64,000 nt of DNA. Source: a bacterium. GTDB lineage: Bacteria; Patescibacteriota; Minisyncoccia; Phycocordibacterales; UBA5272. The translations under genes and the position numbers were made by a program. The number at the start of each line of letters is the position of its first letter. The stretch's first letter is position 1. The stretch lies in NCBI GenBank assembly GCA_027482685.1, contig JAIXVU010000002.1:19352-83351 (forward strand), read 5' to 3'. The notes beneath the pieces were generated by a model that had not been told where the DNA came from, made no database searches, and saw nothing but the letters and a program-made list of their open reading frames with translations. Below are positions 59,445-64,000 of the stretch, piece after piece.

Positions 59445-60242
59445 ATGGAGCGATTCGCATCAGAACAAGTAGGTAATGAGGTACATCATCCTCCAAAGAA
59501 TCTTGAGATAGGAGAAAATACATTAGAACGTAACAAAGGTCGTGAAGGAAAAGTCCTTCGTTCAAGTTTTGCTGGTATAAAAGCTCTTGCTGACAAAAAA
59601 GCTCGAGCGCTTGCAGCTGCTGCACTTGTTGGTCTTGGTGGGGCTGGGCTTGCAAACAATGTCGAAGCACAGACACCCGTATGGAATGGGCAATACCAAG
59701 GACAACAGGGTTTTGTAAATCCAAATGGATCTCAAGGTGGTTGGGGGCAGGGTGGTAGAATTGTTGGAACCGCAGAGAATGTTGCTAGAGGAATAGGGGC
59801 AAGTATTATTAATCAAGTGATTGCTCCAACAGATGTACAGGTAGTCGGCTTACAAAATGGCAAACCTATATTCTCGTTTAATCCACAAGTTTTAATGCAA
59901 AAAGCCCCTCAGGGGTATGAGTGGGGTATTCAAAATGAAGCACGCGAACTAATGTCCCAAATGGGGCTGACACCTTCACGTCCAGGAGAAGTGTTTTCTA
60001 TATTAAATACACGTAATCCAAACGATAGAATAGACGGAACAACTTTACAACTAGGTCAAGGTACTCGCAAAGTTGTTGTAGAGGTTGCAAGAGATAACAT
60101 TGGGCTTATGCTGAAAGTGCTTTCAGAGGTTACTGATCCTACTACAGGTGGAAGGTATCGGTTAGCACAAGAAATGCCCTTTACTGTTGGGGCAGATGGT
60201 CGTATTCAGACAGGCTCAGTGTCTAGCCAGAGATTACCTTAG
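59445..60242 (+). CDS. Hypothetical exported protein
   Basis: Long charged N-region, hydrophobic helix ending VEAQ, then a Gly/Gln-rich segment. Confidence 0.75.
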   Translation: MERFASEQVGNEVHHPPKNLEIGENTLERNKGREGKVLRSSFAGIKALADKKARALAAAALVGLGGAGLANNVEAQTPVWNGQYQGQQGFVNPNGSQGGWGQGGRIVGTAENVARGIGASIINQVIAPTDVQVVGLQNGKPIFSFNPQVLMQKAPQGYEWGIQNEARELMSQMGLTPSRPGEVFSILNTRNPNDRIDGTTLQLGQGTRKVVVEVARDNIGLMLKVLSEVTDPTTGGRYRLAQEMPFTVGADGRIQTGSVSSQRLP

Positions 60243-60328
60243 CTAGCTAGGCGGGCTGACGACTGCATAAAGAAAGACTCTGATAGATTCTTGAGAAAAA
60301 TAAGACTATATGATATAATCCAATAATC

Positions 60329-60490
60329 ATGTCAAAATCTCAAGATCATCTCATACAGATAAAAAACAAAGAAACAGGCGAAGTCTATTGGACGAGCAAG
60401 AATAAGAAGAAAGTAACTCGTAAAATAGAGCTCAAGAAGTATTCTAAGAAACTCCGTAAGCACGTAATGTTCAAGGAAACAAAGAAGTAA
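60329..60490 (+). CDS. rpmG: 50S ribosomal protein bL33 (Cys-free form)
   Basis: Hand translation ...TGEVYWTSKNKK...IELKKYSKKLRKHVMFKETKK; not in the ORF track. Confidence 0.92.
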   Translation: MSKSQDHLIQIKNKETGEVYWTSKNKKKVTRKIELKKYSKKLRKHVMFKETKK

Positions 60491-60495
60491 AACAT

Positions 60496-60529
60496 ACTAA
60501 AAATTATCGCCCGCGCGATAATTTTTAGT
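60496..60529 (+). terminator. Hairpin terminator after rpmG
   Basis: ACTAAAAATTATCGC-CCGC-GCGATAATTTTTAGT. Confidence 0.75.
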
Positions 60530-60618
60530 TAGAGATGGTTAAAGACGGGCGGCCACCTTTGCATTCTGTGGCCGCCTGTTTTTTCCGTATGCTACACTTT
60601 CTGTATTCTTGTAGTCTT

Positions 60619-61452
60619 ATGTCAGATATTTTTCCACCAAAAGACTTTGTGCATTTGTATCAAGATAGAGACTTCCTGCGAGCCTTATTTCCAAATGACT
60701 TGTATACAATTGTAGGTGATGATGGTGCAATTGGTCGGGCGTATACATTCGGACCTTTACAGATTGAGTACTACACAACTGATAGAGAGCCGAACATTTT
60801 GCCATTTCGTGGCATGCGTATTATCTTCTGGAACTCTATCACTCATACAATACCACCATATGGATGGAACGTTCTTCCTTTTAAGAATATTCTTGCTTCA
60901 TATGCATATATAGATATATCAGACAGTAACTATTGGCAGAGATGGAGCGAGACATTTAGAAGACAGAGAAGACTATGGGATACACAAAAAGAATATGAGA
61001 TACACATGTTAGATGAAGCTACCTATACTTCACTCTATCAACAATATGGAATATCTTCGTATTGTATATATATGACAACAAAGGTGTTACGAAAAGCGCT
61101 AGCGCTAGATACAAGTAATGTACGTATGTATGGGCTAGCAAGAAAAAGTGATGGGGTGATTGTTACAGGTGTTGCAACTATTAACAGTATGACCTCAGAA
61201 CAATCATACTACCTATCCTCTTTTACTAGAAAAGATATTGCTCCTTCTGCTTCTGGGTTGTGGCTGTTATCGAGCTGGATGGAGGAGATAAGGCAATGTG
61301 GATTACGATATGCTAATTTAGGAGTGATGTGGTCAGAAGGGATGTCTACAAGCTGGAAAGGATTTAGTGCTTTTAAGGCGAAGTTCAAACCATCTATACT
61401 TACTTTTCCAAAGCAATTCTACAAGATTACCTTTTCATTACGAAAAAAGTAA
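60619..61452 (+). CDS. Putative GNAT/FemAB-fold protein
   Basis: WSETFRRQRR and YANLG....GFSAFKAKF resemble the FemABX C-terminus; start moved to MSDIF. Confidence 0.55.
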   Translation: MSDIFPPKDFVHLYQDRDFLRALFPNDLYTIVGDDGAIGRAYTFGPLQIEYYTTDREPNILPFRGMRIIFWNSITHTIPPYGWNVLPFKNILASYAYIDISDSNYWQRWSETFRRQRRLWDTQKEYEIHMLDEATYTSLYQQYGISSYCIYMTTKVLRKALALDTSNVRMYGLARKSDGVIVTGVATINSMTSEQSYYLSSFTRKDIAPSASGLWLLSSWMEEIRQCGLRYANLGVMWSEGMSTSWKGFSAFKAKFKPSILTFPKQFYKITFSLRKK

Positions 61453-61494
61453 TCTTCAGTGAAGTACTATTCTGTGCTAGAATACGAAACACTT

Positions 61495-61565
61495 GGGCCT
61501 ATAGTTTAGTGGCAGAACAACAGTCTCCAAAACTGTTGGTCGAGGTTCGATTCCTCGTGGGCCCG
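61495..61565 (+). tRNA. tRNA-Trp(CCA), CCA end not encoded
   Basis: GGGCCTA/TGGGCCC acceptor, ACAGT-CTCCAAA-ACTGT anticodon arm, GGTTCGATT. Confidence 0.95.
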
Positions 61566-61847
61566 CAAAAAAGTAAAAGCAGTATCATTTGATACTGCTT
61601 TTACTTTTTTGCGGGCCCACAGAAAGTGAACTGCTTCACTTTCGTGAGGAATCGAATAGGGGTCGCGAAATTGCTTCGAGCGAAGCGAGGCAGATTTGTG
61701 ACCGATTTCTCGTTTATTTCATTCTCGGTGACCGAACTTCCTCGGGGGGGGTTAGCTATGTTTTTCTAGCAAGAAAAACGAGCGAGCCGTGGCCTGCGAG
61801 TTTCTTGAGCGACGGCGAAAGAAAACTTGTAGGAGATTCCTCGTGAA
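61566..61847 (+). repeat. tRNA-Trp 3' trailer element
   Basis: 31-bp perfect arms 61557-87/61590-620, 25-nt insert, GAGGAATCGAA, GGGGTCGCGA..GTGACCGA, distal GATTCCTCGTG. Confidence 0.75.
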
Positions 61848-61908
61848 CTTCTGTTATCATTAGTTATCAACACGGCGCTTTTCTCATACACCTATATACT
61901 ACTACTAT

Positions 61909-62967
61909 ATGGATAAAAAAATTCGCGTCGGTATTAATGGATTCGGTCGTATAGGAAGAGCGTTCTTTAAGGTTGCGTATGCTCATCCTGATATAGAAAT
62001 AGTTGCAGTGAATGATCTCGGAGATGTACATAATCTTGCGTACCTCCTTCAGTACGATACTGTGTATCGCGTTGCACACTTTGACGTGCATGCAGAAGTT
62101 CACGAGGCAGAGAATGAGCAGTACCTAGTTGTAGAAGGTGATGTTGATATGCGTGTAAAAGTTATACAAGAAAAAGACCCTGCTGTTATCCCGTGGGGTG
62201 CACTTGATGTTGATGTAGTGGTGGAGTCAACAGGGCTATTCACCGCATACGATAAGGCCAGCGCTCACTTAACAGGAGGGGCTAAGCATGTAGTAATATC
62301 AGCGCCTGCGAAAGATTCCGCAGAAGGTGGTATCCACGGTGAGACTATACTCATGGGGGTTAATGAAGAAAAGTTCGGCTCAACACCAGTTACTTCTAAT
62401 GCATCGTGTACTACTAATGCATCATCACCAGTAATTGCTATCTTAGATGAGACTGTTGGTATAGAAAAGGCGATACTTAACACTGTTCACTCATACACCG
62501 CATCACAGGGAATAGTTGATGGACCGAATAAGAAAGACTTTCGTGAAGGTCGTGCCGCTGCACAGAATATCGTACCATCATCTACTGGTGCCGCTATCGC
62601 TGTCACCAAAGCATTCACGTCACTCACGGGGCTCTTTGATGGAATATCAGTCAGAGTACCGACACCTGCGGGGTCAATAGCTGATATTACCTTTATCTCT
62701 AAGCGACCAACAACAGTAGAAGAAATAAATAAGGCCCTTACAGATGCATCTATGACAGAAAGGTGGTCAGATATATTCGCGGTAACAGAAGAAGAACTGG
62801 TATCAAGTGATATTCTTGGACTACCATATGCATCAATTGCAGATCTTAAGATGACGCGAGTGGTAGGGGGAAATCTAGTTAAGATAATGGCATGGTATGA
62901 CAATGAGATGGGGTATACACACACCCTTGTTAACCACGTCCTCAAAGCAGGAAAAGCAATAAAATAG
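61909..62967 (+). CDS. gap: Glyceraldehyde-3-phosphate dehydrogenase type I
   Basis: GINGFGRIGR, SNASCTTN, STGAA and WYDNE. Confidence 0.97.
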   Translation: MDKKIRVGINGFGRIGRAFFKVAYAHPDIEIVAVNDLGDVHNLAYLLQYDTVYRVAHFDVHAEVHEAENEQYLVVEGDVDMRVKVIQEKDPAVIPWGALDVDVVVESTGLFTAYDKASAHLTGGAKHVVISAPAKDSAEGGIHGETILMGVNEEKFGSTPVTSNASCTTNASSPVIAILDETVGIEKAILNTVHSYTASQGIVDGPNKKDFREGRAAAQNIVPSSTGAAIAVTKAFTSLTGLFDGISVRVPTPAGSIADITFISKRPTTVEEINKALTDASMTERWSDIFAVTEEELVSSDILGLPYASIADLKMTRVVGGNLVKIMAWYDNEMGYTHTLVNHVLKAGKAIK

Positions 62968-63072
62968 CGATCTTCTTTGTTACGGAGCCTCGCGTACAGC
63001 GTCACCGTACTAGTAAGTACGCCTCCTTGTACGCACTCCGTGCCTCGAAGCTCATCTACTTTATTGCTTTTC
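62951..63072 (+). repeat. 3'-UTR structured repeat, copy 3 (after gap)
   Basis: Outer stem overlaps the gap stop; core CGTCACCGTAC..GTACG.CTCCT..GCCTCG. Confidence 0.65.
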
Positions 63073-63126
63073 TACAACATCTATTATTTTCAAAAATACT
63101 AAATTTAATAATGATATACTGAACTC

Positions 63127-63585
63127 ATGAAAATATATTTAGCAACAGATCACGCGGGGTATGAATTAAAAGAACAGATTAAGGTATACCTCGAAGAAGA
63201 GGGGCATGAGGTGTATGACTGCGGAGCTCTGACGCTCGAGCAAGGTGATGGTTATCCAGAATACATGGCACGAGCTGCCGAGAAGGTACAGGAGGATGCG
63301 TTCCATGCTCCATCTATGGCTGTTATCTTCGGCGGGTCAGGTGTTGGAGAGGCGATTGTTGCTAACCGCTTCGCTCATGTGCGTGCTGTAGTGTATGCCG
63401 GCGGTCCGCTTGATGTTATCAAAGTCTCACGAGAACATAATGATACGAACGTGCTATCGATAGGAGCGAGATTCGTAACAGTGAACGAAGCAAAGCAAGC
63501 AGTTGACTTGTTCCTACTAACTCCATTTTCACACGCCGAGCGTCATGTTGATAGAATTGTAGAAATTGAAGAACTAACAAAATAG
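63127..63585 (+). CDS. rpiB: Ribose-5-phosphate isomerase B
   Basis: ATDHAG, GGSGVGE, SREHND.NVL and RH..R. Confidence 0.93.
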   Translation: MKIYLATDHAGYELKEQIKVYLEEEGHEVYDCGALTLEQGDGYPEYMARAAEKVQEDAFHAPSMAVIFGGSGVGEAIVANRFAHVRAVVYAGGPLDVIKVSREHNDTNVLSIGARFVTVNEAKQAVDLFLLTPFSHAERHVDRIVEIEELTK

Positions 63586-63615
63586 TGACCGTATTGAAAC
63601 TAGCCCCTAATCACT

Positions 63616-64000
63616 ATGCAAATCACCCCAGCTGTCTTACCACATACTTTTAATGAAATCCCAGATAAACTCGCGCGAGTTGATGGGCTCGCTACTCGGG
63701 TACAGATAGATATTTGTGACGGAGTATTTGGTCGTGAGAAGACATGGCAACCAACAGGCACAGAAACTCTACCATCAGGATTCTCTTATGAATTTGATAT
63801 TATGGTAAATAATTGGAAGGAGGTTCTCGGTAATTGCCTCTTACTTAACCCATCATATATTGTTATGCATGTTGACCAGTTACAAGCTGACGAACTGACT
63901 GAACTTGTGGAGATGGTAAGACCTCTTGCTATACCACTTGGTATCGCAGTATCAAATGATAAGAACATAGACTTTCTAGCTGATGCTGTACGGTATGTCC
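63616..64000 (+). CDS. rpe: Ribulose-phosphate 3-epimerase (partial, runs off window end)
   Basis: Hand translation MQITPAVL...VQIDICDGVF; follows rpiB. Confidence 0.8.
   Translation, partial: MQITPAVLPHTFNEIPDKLARVDGLATRVQIDICDGVFGREKTWQPTGTETLPSGFSYEFDIMVNNWKEVLGNCLLLNPSYIVMHVDQLQADELTELVEMVRPLAIPLGIAVSNDKNIDFLADAVRYV

Noticed and set aside
1-64000. CRISPR array, cas genes, integrase, transposase or prophage genes
   Set aside because: No regularly spaced 25-40 bp direct repeats and no recognisable catalytic motifs were seen; the repeats are dispersed hairpins or heptamers.

Overview
Bacterial chromosome segment. Gene content and protein families point to Patescibacteria/CPR (Parcubacteria-like, genetic code 11); this taxonomy is inferred and not database-checked. 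Bases 1-23.8 kb form a surface-glycan locus: GT2/GT-D/GT11/GT32 transferases, Wzx flippase, several O-methyltransferases, rfbF/rfbG/rfbH with a YerE/YerF-like pair, a GDP-mannose epimerase-like gene and an O-antigen-ligase/TPR protein. The rest is mostly housekeeping (tsaD, rlmH, HTH-murA, trxB, ftsZ/ftsA, ybeY, rpsU, hisS, lepB, pth, rpsA, gyrA, glyQS, rpmG, gap, rpiB, rpe) with three tRNAs and a cluster of VirB2/TrbC-like pilins. The most unusual content is non-coding. (1) All three tRNA genes are followed by a near-perfect palindrome ending in an antisense copy of their own 3' end; in Val and Trp that copy is interrupted at the same position by a 25-nt covarying hairpin. (2) Two further dispersed structured repeat families with covarying stems occur in three copies each. 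(3) A ~200-nt rod-like ncRNA candidate has its own -10 element. (4) Heptamer-flanked GC hairpins sit between genes. (5) Five GC-rich orphan genes have their own promoter, SD and a boxA-like leader motif.
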